Shown here piece by piece: positions 36,266 to 49,849 of a stretch of DNA of 64,000 nt. Location: NCBI GenBank assembly GCA_973895155.1, contig OZ316891.1:28463145-28527144 (forward strand). Direction: 5' to 3'. This DNA is from Marsupella aquatica. Lineage: Eukaryota > Plantae > Marchantiophyta. Below the pieces are notes generated by a model that ran no database searches, was not told where the DNA came from, and saw nothing but the letters and a program-made list of their open reading frames with translations. How positions within the stretch are numbered: position 1 is the stretch's first letter; each line of letters opens with the position of its first letter. Made by a program: the position numbers and the translations under genes.

Positions 36266-39200
36266 TCAATCAGCACCGCCGCCGCTAGAGGGCACCAAGA
36301 GAATCCTGTCCCCACCCTGTCTCAGCCAGATTTGCCTCGTTCCCCGCAACCATTCCTGAGCCCGGTTCAACCGAGAGCGACGCCGCCCAAAGCGTAAACC
36401 AGCCCCAACCGCATGGATGTGATTGGCAGTCTCAGCAAGCATCAGGCCCAAGTCAAATGAACGTCCCACCTTGTCAGAGAACATATGTTCATTTCTTCCC
36501 AGCCAAATCATCCAGAGAGTCTGATATACACAAAAGATCCTAGCAGTGTGAATAGGCTCCGGTCCTGTCGATGCATCAAGAATAGCCAGCAGACCACCTC
36601 CAATGGGTAAGCGAAGCTCCGTCAAAATCCTATTAAGCAGCACATGAAGGCTCATCTTGGGTCTCAAGAACTGGTAGACCCTACAGTTGGTGATCTGAAA
36701 GTCCTTGAGAGGTTCTGCCCTGTCAGACCAGCGCCATTGTCTGGCCGGAGGATCCCTATCCCACCTGCAGGCAGTTGACTCCCAAATTCTCCCTAGGAAC
36801 GCTCTAGCCAGCCCTCTGTGCTCCCCCGTGAATCCTTGCAGCACCTGCCCCCTAAGCGGAAGGTCTTTCCAGCCCCCTATCTCCACCGACCATCCGTCCT
36901 GAATTGATCTCATTCCCAAGCGTCCACAAATAGCAGTGACTCCTACAATGTCCACATTTGGCAATGAATTGAAATCTACCATACATCTAATTGCATCGTT
37001 AATGCTCCAGCGTCCAGGGGCACCATATCTCCCAAGACAAAAAGCCAGATGGGCACGCAGCTCCTCCCAAGCCTTCCATAGACCACTTGTATACCTGAGA
37101 CCACCGCCTGCCCTAGGAGTACAGAGCAGAAGCCTATCCTTGAACGTGTAATTGTTTCTTCTGATCACCTTGTAATTCAACCATCCCATTAAAGATAAGT
37201 TGGCTGCCAGCATCTTTGACCATTCCCTGTCTGGATACTCTAGGGCCTTAGTGAACCATTGTGATAATAATGCATTGGAGTGGCTTCTGAAGTCCTTGAA
37301 TCCCAGGCCGCCCTCTATTTTTGGAAGTGTCATCTTGTCCCATGCCACCAGCGGAATTTTCTTCCCACCTGCAGGATTATATCCCCACAGAAAATCTCTA
37401 CTGAGGGCAATGAGTTTCTTGGCCAGACCCGCTGGACCCGCTGAAGCCTTGAGGTGCATCACATGGTAGATTGGGATGGCCTGGAGCACGTGTTTGACCA
37501 ATAAGGTTCGACCTGTGAAAGAGAGGAGCTTATTTGTCCAGGATGACAGTCGTGAGCTGATTTTATCTAGGCAGAATCTGTGCAGTTGCTCAGTCTTCAG
37601 CCCGGCCCCCAAGGGAGTGCCCAGATATTTCTGACCTCCCCCATTGCACTCACTTGACAGCCAGAGTACAGCAGCCAATCCGGGATGACCTCAATTGCCA
37701 AGGGAATCACCACAGATTTGCGTAGGTTCAGCTTTGCTCCAGAACCCATTTCATAACATGCAAGTGCAGTTTGTGCCTGGGTGAAAGCTTCCTCCGTGGC
37801 AGGAATGAACATTCCAACATCATCTGCGAATAATCTGTAGCATATTGTGAGTGTGTCCGTGATTGACAGTCCACTAAGTCTCCCAGCCTCCATCTCCGCA
37901 GCTAAGAAGTCCATCAGCGGTTGTGTCGAGATGACAAAAAGTAGGGGCGACAAGGGGCAGCCCTGTCTCACCCCCCTCTTAAGCTCAATCATACCCGTCG
38001 CAAAACCATTGACCATTGCCTTCGAGAAAGATCCAGCCAACAGAGCCCGTACCAGTGTGATAAAGTGGCCACTTATTCCCAGTAAGTGCATTGTGTCCCA
38101 TATGTATTCGTGATTCACCCTGTCAAAGGCCTTTTCGAAATCCAACTTCAAGAAAAGTGCCTTCGTTTTCTTGTGCTGTATCCAGTCACATGCGAGCCAG
38201 GCCAGTGAGATGTTTTCCAGAATGTGGCGCCCCTGTATAAATCCGGTCTGTTGGGGGCTGATTATCTTGTTCATGATTTCTTGTAACCGCAATGCCAGGA
38301 TCTTAGCAATGACTTTGTACGTTGTGTTCAACATTGTAAGGGGACGCCAGTCCTTCAGTGATCTCTTATCAGGCTTCTTCGGAATGAGCTTTATTATCCC
38401 TTCTTTTAACGCACTATCAATCTCTCCTGTCATCCAGAATTCTTGTATCATTTCCATCAAGTCCTGTCCCAGAAACTCCCAGCATGCGCGCAGTACTTCT
38501 GCCGTTAAGCCGTCTGGGCCAGGCGATTTGTCTCGTGGTAGCATCCAAAGCACTTCCTTCACCTCTTTAGTTGTCGGGAGAGCTTCCAATTTCATTCTCT
38601 CTGCCGCTGTAAGCGCAAATTTTGTGTGTTGCAGTAGACGTCTCCTCTCTTGCCGTCGTTCTTGTGTCTCCCTTTGTGAGGGTTCCTGCGGTGCATAAAG
38701 TGCTTGACACATTTTCTCCACTTCAAGCACAATGCTTGCCGCCTCTGTTATCTCCGTCCCATCCTCTTTGAGAATCAGGTTCATGGTTTCTCGGGCGCGT
38801 TTAGCCTTTACTATCGCATAGAAGAACTTTGTTGATTCGTCTCCTTCTCCCAGCCATTTAATCCTTGCAAGTCTCCGTCCCTTATTAGCCACTTCCAACT
38901 CGGTTGCATGCAGTGTGTCTTCTGTTTCCGTGTATTCCTTGATTTCATCCTCTGTGTGTTCCTCCAGAATGGATGCTTTCAGTGCTCTCATTCTCGCTCT
39001 AAGAAACTCCATCTCAACCTCTGCCAGCCTTGGTCTTGCTTGTAACTCCATGTATTTTTGCCTAAAATTGGAGCACGCTTTTGAAAATCGTAGCACAGGG
39101 TTTGCAAATTCCCTCCTTCCTTCCCTCCAGGCTCCTTCTAGAAGCGCCAGGTCCTCCTTGTTGCTTAGAAGCGCTGGATTGGCCATGAATAGTCTCACCT

Positions 39201-39966
39201 TACCTCGCTCCACCTTCTGACCTGCATCTCTGAACCTCCCTTTCAGTATCACCGGGTCATGGTCTGATAACGCTGATCCTCCTTCATGCACCAGCTCTAC
39301 TCTCTCCTCTAACCACCATCCCTTCTCGCTAATGTAGAACCTATCTAATCGGGATTGTACCATTAATCCCCTTCTCATCCTTCTCCATGTGAATTGGGCA
39401 CCAGTAGCGCCCCCGGTGATCTCCCACGCATCTACCAGGTCAAAGCGCGTTTTTAAGAAGCGCCAGAATTCCGCTTCTCTTCCGCCGATCAGAGGTGATC
39501 TCCCGGTTGAGTCCGCTCTTCTTTCTGTCATGTTGAAGTCGCCACAGATGATTCAGTTTACCTACGGAAGCTCATCCTTAAGCTCGTTCCATAGCAAAGC
39601 CCTTAAGTCAACCGAGTTTGGTGCATAGATAGATGCCACTCCATAATTGCCTCCTTCGTTCTCAATGATTATCCACACAGCTCTGCCAAGGTCCAGTTTG
39701 CCTGATGCTACCACCTTCAAAGACGGGTGGACCAGAAGTGCCGTTCCTCCCCTGCCTTCCTCTGGTGCCGATGAGAAGTGTTGATAGTTTGAGAGAATTG
39801 TTCTCAGAGCCATGTCCAAACGGAATTGATCCGTCTTCACTTCTTGTAGAGCTAGGCATCCCAGCAGAAATCGCAGTGCCTGTACCCAGTTTTTGACGAC
39901 ATGTTTGCGGTTTGTCTCACACAGCCCACAGACGTTCCATGTGGCAATCCGCATTATGTTCTCCAT
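36266..39966 (-). pseudogene. LINE ORF2 (AP endonuclease plus reverse transcriptase), two frameshifts
   Basis: IATWNVCG, LQEVK, SIYAPN, SRLDRFY, SDHDPV, KSPGPDG, WRPLTMLNTTYK, LKLDFEKAFDRV, RGVRQGCPLSPLLF, FADD, KYLGTPL. Confidence 0.95.
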
Positions 39967-40026
39967 CCCCTCCCCCCCCCGCTGCTCCCCAAGTCGAGTG
40001 GTGCACTTGGTCAGCACACCGTCACC

Positions 40027-42191
40027 CTAGATACGATTCCGTCCTCCAGGGGATAGCATCCAGCCCTGAGAGCCGCTCCCCGTTTGCTGCTCAGTCAGTC
40101 CCCCTATCAGGGAGTAGTCGTCTCTCATCTTAGTTTGTGCTGCGCCTCTTTGTTCACTTCTCGGACTCCTCGTTTCAGGGCTGAGCAATCTGTTTGTCCT
40201 TGTTGAGCTTTCGCCCGCACCTGCATCAGACATGGATCCTCGTGAGAAGTACAGCGAACGTTGTTTTTTTGCTTCACCCTTCGGCTTATCTTTATCTTCA
40301 GTTGGGGGGGTTCTCAATTCTTGTTTCCTGGTTCGTGCTTTGAGTTTGCTATTCGATATGTAAGCTTCATATTCTGACATCTCTGCATCGGTGTCCCCAT
40401 GGTACGAGAAATTCCCTTCGGCTTCTACCTCTAAGAGCGATCCTGGAAGCCCGAGTGTGTCTGTTCTGGCCTTCGTGCTGAATTCCGGCCCAAAGCTTGG
40501 TGCACTGGCATTTAGAACAGAGCCTCTGCGGTCTGTGTTACCTCCAGGATCCCGGGCCAGTCCACTCCTAGGTGGGAAGTCTCGCGAATTCCCCTTAGTC
40601 CTAGTCGGTTCCCATCTCACCATGGCGTCCAAGGGTCCACGAGTGGGCTCCAGCAATTCCATCCCAATAGCACCCACATTCGGCCGTTGTGGGTTAGCTG
40701 GAGTTCCTTTGTCCGGTTCTCTAACATCTGTCGCAATGATCAGCTCCACATGGGCAATTTCCTCCTCAACTGAGTTTTTCCGGATCGTGTTCGCCTGCCG
40801 CTCTTGGTTCTCCCTGAATTTAACCCGAACCATAGCATTCTCTTGGGCCTTTTGTATCTCTTCTGGGTCAGCCTCCGAGTGTCGTTCATCGTCTTTTCAT
40901 CAGGTATTGCCAGCACACTCGTCGGCCTCTGCCCTTCATCTCCTTCTCGACAGCTGCGGGCTAGATGCCCTTTCTTATGGCATTTGTAGCAGTGGTAAGG
41001 AATATTGCGGAAGGTCACCGGTTGCCAAATTACTATATCCTTCTGAATTTTCACTCGAACACTTGCCGGTATCTCCCTGTCAGTGTCCCATAGTATGCAC
41101 GCACGGTCATGTGGGTAAGAACTGAATTGGTCTCCTTGAATGTAGTATAGTAGGGTGCCAAGCGCGCTTGCAATTTTCCTTCTGCATCCTTCCAGCTCCA
41201 AGGCTCTAAATGGTAGCTCAATCCATACTGGCAGTTTGGTGTAAGACTCATTTTTTATGTCAAAGGTTGGATCCCATGGGAAGGTGTATACAAATCTATT
41301 TTCCATAAACCATGGCGCCCCATTCAGTGCCAGATCCCGATGATCAGGTTCTTCAAAGATTACCATGTAAAAATTTTTCCCCACAAACTTGACTTGTAGC
41401 ACCGGCCAGCGCCCTTGGCTAGTCATTTCGTCTTCTACCCAGTCTCTGAAGGCTGGAAGCAATGGGGTTCTGTCTGTGAAGTAGCATAGCAAGGCACAGT
41501 TATATAATTGCCTCACATTCATAGCTGCTTCCGTCATGTTCCATTCAACTGTGGCAAACAGCTTTTTGTCAAGGTCACCCTTAGAGCGGTGTGCTACAGC
41601 TCTTAGAATTCTGATACATTCCTCCGATGTTTCCTCCTCTTCAGCTCCTTCGCGGCCCCATGTATCAGGATTCCGGGTACCATTTGAGATTCCACAGATT
41701 CCAGGACCCTCTCCCTTGAGCTCTGCACCTCTCAGGCTATGTCGTGTCTCTCCATCCAAGGCTGGGACCTTGTCCCGAGCTGAGCTGCCGCCATTCTCAT
41801 CCTCTTCCATGTCCATCAGATCGTCCTGTATCTCCCGTTGTGAGCCGGCTGAGCCCCCCCTACTCTCTCCCTGTAGGCCAGGATTGCCTCCTCCCTTTCT
41901 CTCCCGCCGTGGTCCGTCCCCATCATTCCGCGCATCTTGCGCCGAGAATTGGTTGCACCTCCCCACTCCCTCCTCTCCGAGTTTTCCTTTATTCTGAGAG
42001 GCCAAACCAACCAGATTGGTCTCGCGCTCTCTCACCCCCTGAAGCGTCCCCATTCTAGTTTGGACAGCCATCGGTGTAGCCACTCGGATGTTCCTTGATT
42101 CAGAAAGACGTCCATTCTGATCGCTTCTTCCACGAGATGTGGTTTCTGAGCGCCCGTAGTAGTCCAATCCCTTTTCACCTTCGCCCGACAT
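40027..42191 (-). pseudogene. LINE ORF1 (DUF4283-like region plus CCHC zinc knuckle), frameshifted near 40830
   Basis: NGAPWFMENRFVYTFPWDP...LPVWIELP; CYKCHKKGHLARSC. Confidence 0.9.
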
Positions 42192-43551
42192 TAAATTAAT
42201 GTATGCAATGACAGTCAGACGGCGTTAATAAGATGTTCGGGGCAGTGCTTACCTTGTAATCGAAGAGGGCTCCAGGCTCCTCTCGAGTCCACTGGGTCCA
42301 ATCTCATTAACCAAGATGTCCTTCCCGAACTATTCCATAATTCTCCCATCAGAATAGAACCACTCAGGCACACTTTGTGCCGCCTTAACTCTTCTCTGCA
42401 TGTTCCGCCATCCTCTTTGGCAATGTCAGCTCCAAACACTTTTAGGAATCTGAGTGCCGCCACTCGCTGTCCAATCCGAGCTTGCAGACACCAAGGTCCG
42501 TTGCCGTAATCCACACCGTTTGTTTCAGTCGCCCACTGTAGCACCCCACCAGATCGATGCGAACCCCTGTTCCAATGTGTCTACCTTTTAATCCCCGCCT
42601 CCAAAAGTGGCAGCGGGAAAGGTGCTCCCGCTAGACTAACGCATCGGCTCATCCGCCACCCCTGGCTCCAACTCTCATGACCGGATCTCCACAATTGTGC
42701 TCCCGCAATCCAAACTAGTATTCCACCCTAAAACAGCAGAACCGGCTCTAAAGCGGATCCCGATCGTAGCGATGGCGAGAGAGAGCAGAAAAAGCTTCGT
42801 GCAGAAGTAGGGGTCACCCTCGTATTGATTCCACCCCTCTCGAGAAGCTTTTTGCCCCTCTCAATCTCCTTCTGGAAGGTCGAAACGCTCATGGATGAGC
42901 ACAAGTCCCTCCGCCCTTCTTCGCAAGTCCACTGTCAGTTCTCTGTCAATCAGTCCCATGTACACACACCCTACGTGATGACAGTGAATTTTGGAAGAAT
43001 GGGTTCACCTGACAATACAAGGACAACAAAATTCCTGCTTTTTGAGTTGATCTAGCCCACTGGTGCTCAGGTCCGATTTTGATAGGTACAAGGGATATGT
43101 GAACAATACGTACTAGGCACCTGCACAGATGTAGGACATTGTTTGAATATATACTACAAAATCCATATCGAAGGTGAAATGAAGTGCAACCAACTTGTCA
43201 TGGCACATACATATTTTGTTGTAAAGGAGGATACATTCAATGACAAACTTATAGGGCAATTTGATTAATTGCATGCCTGATAATTTATACGCTTACAACT
43301 TAGAAGTCCTGTTTTAATTTAGCAGTCTGATGAAAGTGTTTATGAAAATGACCACTCAGCCTAAATACTTCCAAGAAGGCTTGTAAGGATAAGTTTTTAT
43401 AGGCATGTACCCAGCCACTGACGCCAGAGCACAAGATAAGTGCTGCCTATATAAACTCGCCTACCCAACTCCTTTTCAAAATTGGAATCTCTGCAATCTC
43501 AAAAAATAGTACATCCATATCAGGTGCACTGTGCATGTACAATGTTCAGCT

Positions 43552-44205
43552 TCACAGCCAAGATATGTGATCTCTCACAGGAGTGCGCGAGGTAGGATCA
43601 ATGGCATGGCGATGACAATAAAATATCCATCGATCAACACCATATGCAGAGTGATCATAGATTTCTCTATCACAAGCATAACCCTCTGCTTGACGATCTT
43701 TCAGGCAATGATAGTGCCACATGGTGGGACACCTAGCACAGTGGACTATGTCAGTCCAGTACTCATGATCATGCTCACCACATGCCTTGCACCTATGAAG
43801 TGGGCAAGCTGTGGCATGAGCAGGCAAACACTCAAAACAGAAAAATCTCACACAAAAACGGTCTGGACATTTCCTAACATTTGCTGCAGCATCAACAGAG
43901 CCCTCATAGGACCCCAACTTCCCACACTGTGCACACTTAGCCTGCTTCTCCAAACAATCAGTGCACATCCAGTCTCCCTGGTGTGTTGACGGGAGGCCCA
44001 CCCCTGGACAGTTGTTTTCTGTAGCAAGGTCAGACTCCGGGTTGAGGTGGAAATGCCTCATGCAAGGGCCCTCACAAATGGCACAACAATGAGCTACCTT
44101 CTGGAAAATCTGACTTGCAGAGAAGTTAGTAGCATCTGCCCCAAGTACACCTGTGTTTCTCACCTCTGTCACACGCTTTTTGGCTTGAATTTTAGGTCGT
44201 GCCAT
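43552..44205 (-). CDS. EDM2-type PHD module copy 2 (open frame, 27-nt in-frame deletion in the first PHD)
   Basis: Near-identical to 6757-7437 but lacks DDGGSLVIC and has Tyr where copy 1 has a stop. Confidence 0.82.
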   Translation of the reverse strand: MARPKIQAKKRVTEVRNTGVLGADATNFSASQIFQKVAHCCAICEGPCMRHFHLNPESDLATENNCPGVGLPSTHQGDWMCTDCLEKQAKCAQCGKLGSYEGSVDAAANVRKCPDRFCVRFFCFECLPAHATACPLHRCKACGEHDHEYWTDIVHCARCPTMWHYHCLKDRQAEGYACDREIYDHSAYGVDRWIFYCHRHAIDPTSRTPVRDHISWL

Positions 44206-44932
44206 GCCTGCGCATGAGATAGACTCTACAGTTTAGCAGACTGCACAAAAAGTAATATATATTTAGCATTTAAGGTACAAAGGCATTTAGATAGACTCTA
44301 CAATTTAGCAGACTGCACAGAAAGTAAAATATATTTAGCATTTAAGGTACAAAGGCATTTGCTACTGCAATGAATTGGAATGGCCACACAAGGATGCAGA
44401 GCAGACATACTTTTGGTATGTTGAGCCCACACACAAACCTGATCCCCTAATACAATTGCTCCACCAACACCTCAATTTTAATTGTGGCTATGATTCACCA
44501 AAGGAGATCTACAACAACATTTCATGCATTTGAATCACATACAATAGTCGTGACATGTAAAACAGGCATTCTTCAAAGAGGATTGGTATGAAGCCGTGTC
44601 ATAAGGGTTGAAATTTATACATCCTAAATAGGCTATGATAGTGGCTGAGACAAATAAGTGATGCATAAATCATATTTTACAGGTTATCACATGGCCCATT
44701 AATTCATTGAACGTTGCAATGTTCACCAGGTTAAAGCAGTCATGAAAGCAGTCTTTCAATAGAGACTTTTATGCAAGTTTGCTAGCCTCTTAAATTAGGA
44801 TATTTTGCTTAGTGCAGGCATAATAGGATAAGTTATGTACTGTTGACCCTAAACCCTGGACCCAAAATTGCTCATACATCAAAATTTTAAGTAAATATCC
44901 TCTGTGTTGAAGTGAGAGTGTTAAGCTATAGG

Positions 44933-45280
44933 TCAATGGTATCTGGTCTGTGCATGCGGTGTGACAAGTGGTCCTCTAGAGCATGTGATCCAAACATGTG
45001 TAGATACCAAAGTCACAACTGGTGCAACTGTGTGGCAACTGTGTACACACCCTTGGCACCTAATTTGTGGCGGGTCATGTACAAGAGACACAAATACCAA
45101 GGATGTCGGGAAGGGTACTGAAGCAGGTAGAGGCCGGCTGTAGTTGTTCCTGGAAACAACAGGGTACTCAAAGTACCATGTAGACTGGGCTGGAAGGATC
45201 CCAAGTCTGACATACTCAAGGCGCAACATCTCTGCCTTGCGTGCAAGTCGCACATGTTCAGCGTTGCGGGTCCTCACCAT
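44933..45280 (-). pseudogene. Cys-rich cargo ORF copy 2, internally deleted
   Basis: MVRTRNAEHVRLARKAE... homologous to 8184-8633, with ~140 bp of the Cys-rich core missing. Confidence 0.55.
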
Positions 45281-46287
45281 AAGTGTTGCTTTCGTTGTGA
45301 TGTCCTCTGTTCACGTCCTTTGATGAGCAAGGTGAGCAGGAGGTCGACTTGCCTCGCCAACAGCAACCACCTAAACTAATCAGTTCCCACTCATTGTCTT
45401 GGTTCCAACTACAGGTCATAGTATACACATAGCATGAAACGTGCATAGTACATATTTGATTCTGAGTTTATGAGTTTCCTAAGACAAAGAGCTTGGTGAT
45501 AAACCCATATTCTCGACGGACATGTATATCAATCGTATTAAAATCCTGTTTTTTCATCCACAAAGACCGAAAGTCTCACCTTGCAGGTTGCAGTAGAGAG
45601 AAAATTCACTGGTTGTCGTGTTGTGCAAGTGAACCTCCACTGATGCCCCCGGTGGAGCCCCTCAGATGCAAGTGACACTTACCAACTCCCAAGTTGCCTG
45701 GTCTAAGAAAATGCTTATATCTTCAGAACTTTATAGAGCAAGTACATGATCACATACTTCTGGATCTATTCATATTTGGAACTCTTGCCAACTACAACTC
45801 CCATTATGCACAAGCTCACATCAACAGAGAAAGATACAGAATGCATACTTACTATGGCTCTAAGCACCTTCACTACCTTGTTGAACCCAGTCCTGAAGTC
45901 TTTTCAGCGTGTTTGTTGTGCTGTCTCCTTTGGCACCCAACACCTTAGTCCTTGATGTAACAGAATGCGATTTTACAAGTTAGATGCTTTGGAACCTTCT
46001 ATGGTCTTAGCTGAATTGATGTCATCGTAAGTGGTGAAAGACAAGGAAGACGAAAGCTGGTTGAAGAGCTGTGGACAACACACTAGCATGAAGTGCTTCA
46101 ACCAATCCACTGCCAAACGGAACTCTTACACAGTCACATTCTTTCAATAAACAGAAACTCAGTCAAACTTCATAATCAAAGTACAAACTCTGAAGGACCA
46201 AAGGAGGATGTTGTGAGTTTCTCTATTGTTTAATGTGTTACCCTTCTAGTTTCGAAGTTAGCAAATGCTGAATAATGTGTCTACCAG

Positions 46288-46626
46288 ATCTTCGAAAAGA
46301 AGCCCACCACAATTAAGAACTTCGGTATCTGGGTGAGGTATCAGAGTCGTACAAGTTATCCCAACATGTACAAGAAATATCGTGATACCACATTAAACAA
46401 CCACACAGCAGATGTATGATGAGATGGCTTCTTGTCATAGAGTTTGGTTCCCTTGCATCCAGATCATCAAGACTACGACAGTCCCTGTCTCTCTGTGCAA
46501 GCAAGAAAGTACCAAGCAGTTCCATGATTCAAAGATCAAGTTCCCCTTGACGTACCACAAGATTCAACCTCCATCGCGAAAGCTAAAGACGACTTACAAG
46601 GCCACCAAGCCCAACACATTTGTTAG
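46288..46626 (+). pseudogene. RPL18A: Captured last exon of 60S ribosomal protein L18a (eL20), frameshifted
   Basis: [34 protein letters not shown] / [20 protein letters not shown]...[14 protein letters not shown]...[18 protein letters not shown], preceded by the acceptor CTACCAG. Confidence 0.93.
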
Positions 46627-48339
46627 AGTAGTGCGGGTGCAGGTTCCCAATTTTGAAACAATTTGGCTCATTTTATGTCCCAAGGGACTCCAGGAGTTTA
46701 TGTATTGAGTTTCTAGGTCAGGATGCTTAATATAAGGAAATTCAATTTTCACTTCATTCCCAGCTTCTACTAATTGAATATACACGAGATGGAAGCAAGA
46801 AGATAAGCCACAATCTAGCATCTTAGCCAAACACATTCGTCCCGACAAAGCAAAACTACAATCACACAGTGCGAGTTGTGTCTGCACCGGCACCCCCAGT
46901 GAGACTGATCAGCATTTGGACTGCATCATTGTCTAGAGCTAGCAGTGGAAGGAATCAACATAGCTAGCAGTGGAAGGTGTAGTGGAGATAGCATGGGGAC
47001 AGGGAAGGAAATGCAGGTTCCTTAAGCATAAATTTCCAAAAATGGAACAACAGGAAATGAAGAATAGGCACTGAAGCGGTCAACTAGACAAACGTTGTAA
47101 CAAGGCAGCAAGCATTGGATTAAGAAGAAGCAAGGTTTCATCAGTAGAAGCAAGGTTTCATCAACAATGGCATTGTGAGACAAACCACTCCTTACAAATT
47201 TCTACAGACATCCTCCCCACTTGCAGCTTCTTGGCCAGGCTGGATTTCTTGTAAGACAGGTTTCTTGTAAGAAAGATTTCTTGTTTGGTGAGGAAAGATC
47301 AAAAAGCAACTGATCAATGCCTTCTTGTCATCTAGAAGAGCTGGATGCAGCCCTGTCTCACATTTAATGTTAAATTGAATGAAAGACATTATGCGCATGC
47401 ACAAAAGAAAGACATGAATATAATTAAGGTAGGTTTTAAGGAGCGGAGTCAGCAGTCAGACTTAGAAAGTTCAAATTGAAGCGCCATTAGTTTGGCGTGG
47501 TCAAGAGTAAATAAATGTTGGTCAGGGATACTCACCTCTTTTGAATGTATTACTGACTCAGCTAAGCCTAGCTAGACAGAAGTCACTCAGACCCACAAAA
47601 AAGTGAAGATCCACCTCCAAGCCGGAGCTCTATCACTTCAGTAGAGCAGCTTCTGGACAGAACCAACTCTAATTAGCCCCACAGAACACAAATGTTAAGG
47701 CTCCAAGTCAGAGCTCACTTCAGCCGAGGTGGACATCGCAGCTAGACCATTCAGTATAGGCAGTATGGAGCTTGAGACTACACTCATTGTTCAGAATTGA
47801 GGTGATGAAAGTGAGTTGGCATTAGTGGATACAATGAGAGGGGAAAAAATTATGACCAAATTGCACCTCTATAATCAGAGAGGTTCTATTTCCAGGGAAC
47901 TCATTCATTGACCAGAGTAATATGGCCCACATTTAATTAGACTATGATAGACTCTTCCTCTGCAGACTCAAACTCGAGGAACCCCCACGGATGCCAGCAT
48001 ATACACGAGCTAGAAGCAAGAAGACAAGTTGCAATCTAGCATCTTGGCCAAACACATTCTTCCTGGCGATAGTAACTGCAAGCAAGGGGGAGACAGGGAG
48101 AACAAGGAGAATAGGGAGGCAACTCACAATGGAGCTAGGTAGCTCATGATCAAGCAGCTTGCAATTTCAGCAACAGTAGTCTTAGCAGCAGGCGATTGAG
48201 CTCCAGGAAATGACAAACCCGCAGCTGAGTCCTCAACTGACAAAATGTTCGCCACTCAACCCTCCTTCCAACTGCAACCGCCAGATAGTAGGAATAAGAT
48301 AGAGAGGTTGCAGCCTTCTCAGTGATCCAATAGCACCTC

Positions 48340-48510
48340 TCTTACCACCTCCGCTCTTAGCACATCCGCTCGCACCTCCGCTCGCACCTCCGCTCTCAGC
48401 ACCTCCTTTGGCACCTGAGCCGCTCTCAGCACCTCCCCTCGCACCTCCGCTCGCACCACCTCCTTTGGCACCTGAGCCGCTCTCAGCACCTCTGCTCGCA
48501 CCGCCGCCCA
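48340..48510. repeat. GC-rich minisatellite built on a ~12-bp unit GCACCTCCGCTC
   Basis: Repeated GCACCTCCGCTC / GCACCTCCTTTG / GCACCTGAGCCGCTCTCA units. Confidence 0.8.
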
Positions 48511-49849
48511 AACTGAAGCTACGTAGCAATCCTCAGCAGTGTGTGACAGAAGCACTCCACTCCAGCTCCACTCCGCTCGAGCTCCACTCCAGTTGCTCTC
48601 CGCTCGTAGCTCCTCGGCCAGACCGGCGGCCAGAGCAGCTCCCAAATTGCAGCTCTTGCCCGCCCATAGCTCCTCCTAGTCCTAGAGCTCGTCGTCCACT
48701 GCAGCTCACCTCTCCACTCCGCAAGCCGGTCGCCCTCTCAGCTTGAATGCTCTAGAGCTTTGAAGGTAAACCTTCAAGCTCCAAGCGCAAAACTCCCCTA
48801 CGTGAAGGAACTGCCCCGATCGCGAAGCACACTCCCCACTTCGTGAGACCGCGCACAATGTGACGACCTTTAGGCACGACGAATGTCCCCATAATGGACA
48901 AGTGAGTTTTTCTGAAACAAAAACCTCCGAGTTCCCACGCACATTGAACTGAACTTTGCACTCTGCTGGCGTGTTTAAACCCTAAACAAAACCCGCGCAC
49001 CCTAAACTCGTGTCCAAAGGCACACTCACGCACAAAGCATACCTTAACACTTAGTGACACTTAGTGAACCAAACCCAATGAGCCTCGACCACTTTGCGTT
49101 GACATGAGCCGTTGATACACATGTTAGTACCCTAAAGCAAATTGGATACGACACTTTGTGAGCAAAGATTAAATGAACGCAACTGTAACCTCTTAGAACG
49201 CAACTGTAAATTAACCCTTACACATGCCACTTAGGGAGGGTGGACAAAGAATGGGGGCCAGACACTACTTTAGCCCTGAATTGAAAATGATATCACCCCA
49301 ATATTCTTGTCAAAGTTTCCCATGAACTCTAAGGAATCCATTGAGCAGCATAAGACTTACTATTATAGAGGCAAGTACTCCCATGCACGTTTAATTAGGC
49401 TAGGATAACTACAATGCTCTTGACATGAAGACATTTAACTAGTTCTGCAACCCTAAACCCCCATTCCTTCTATGTGCACCTAGTGCTCCCGACTCCGCAA
49501 GTTGCAAGTCAAGGGTTGTAAATGGAACATTCCGTGATGTCTAGAGTGCATGTAATCCTTCTTGCACTCTATTTCAGAATGCCGTAATGGAGAGTAGCTT
49601 ATTCAACTTACATATGACTGCCCTACTAGTGTTACAATTGCTACTTTATCAGAAGTTGTAGGAATGACTTTCACAAATATCCCCCAAAAATCAGTTGATA
49701 AAATGTAACAACAATGACTCCCCTAAACTTGGAGTCATGTATTTTTGAAAGTCTCCCTAAAGTCACAAAGCATAGGGTCTCAAAAGGGGACATTTTCTTC
49801 TAGTGAATGATTGAGAACTCTATCAAAGCCCGTAGCTCGCTCCAACAGC

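Larger units (their letters stand above)
36030..42955 (-). mobile_element. L1-clade LINE retrotransposon, near full length
   Basis: 17-bp TSD CCATGTACACACACCCT at 36013-36029 and 42956-42972; empty site in copy 1 at ~6169-6185. A-tract at 36041-36048. Carries ORF1 and ORF2. Confidence 0.95.

Noticed and set aside
42215-42544. Extra ORF0 in the LINE 5' region
   Set aside because: Non-ATG start, no recognisable motif and upstream stops; cannot be distinguished from 5' UTR.
48233-48746. Gly/Ala-rich or Pro-rich ORFs
   Set aside because: Translations of a 12-bp GC-rich minisatellite, open in several frames.
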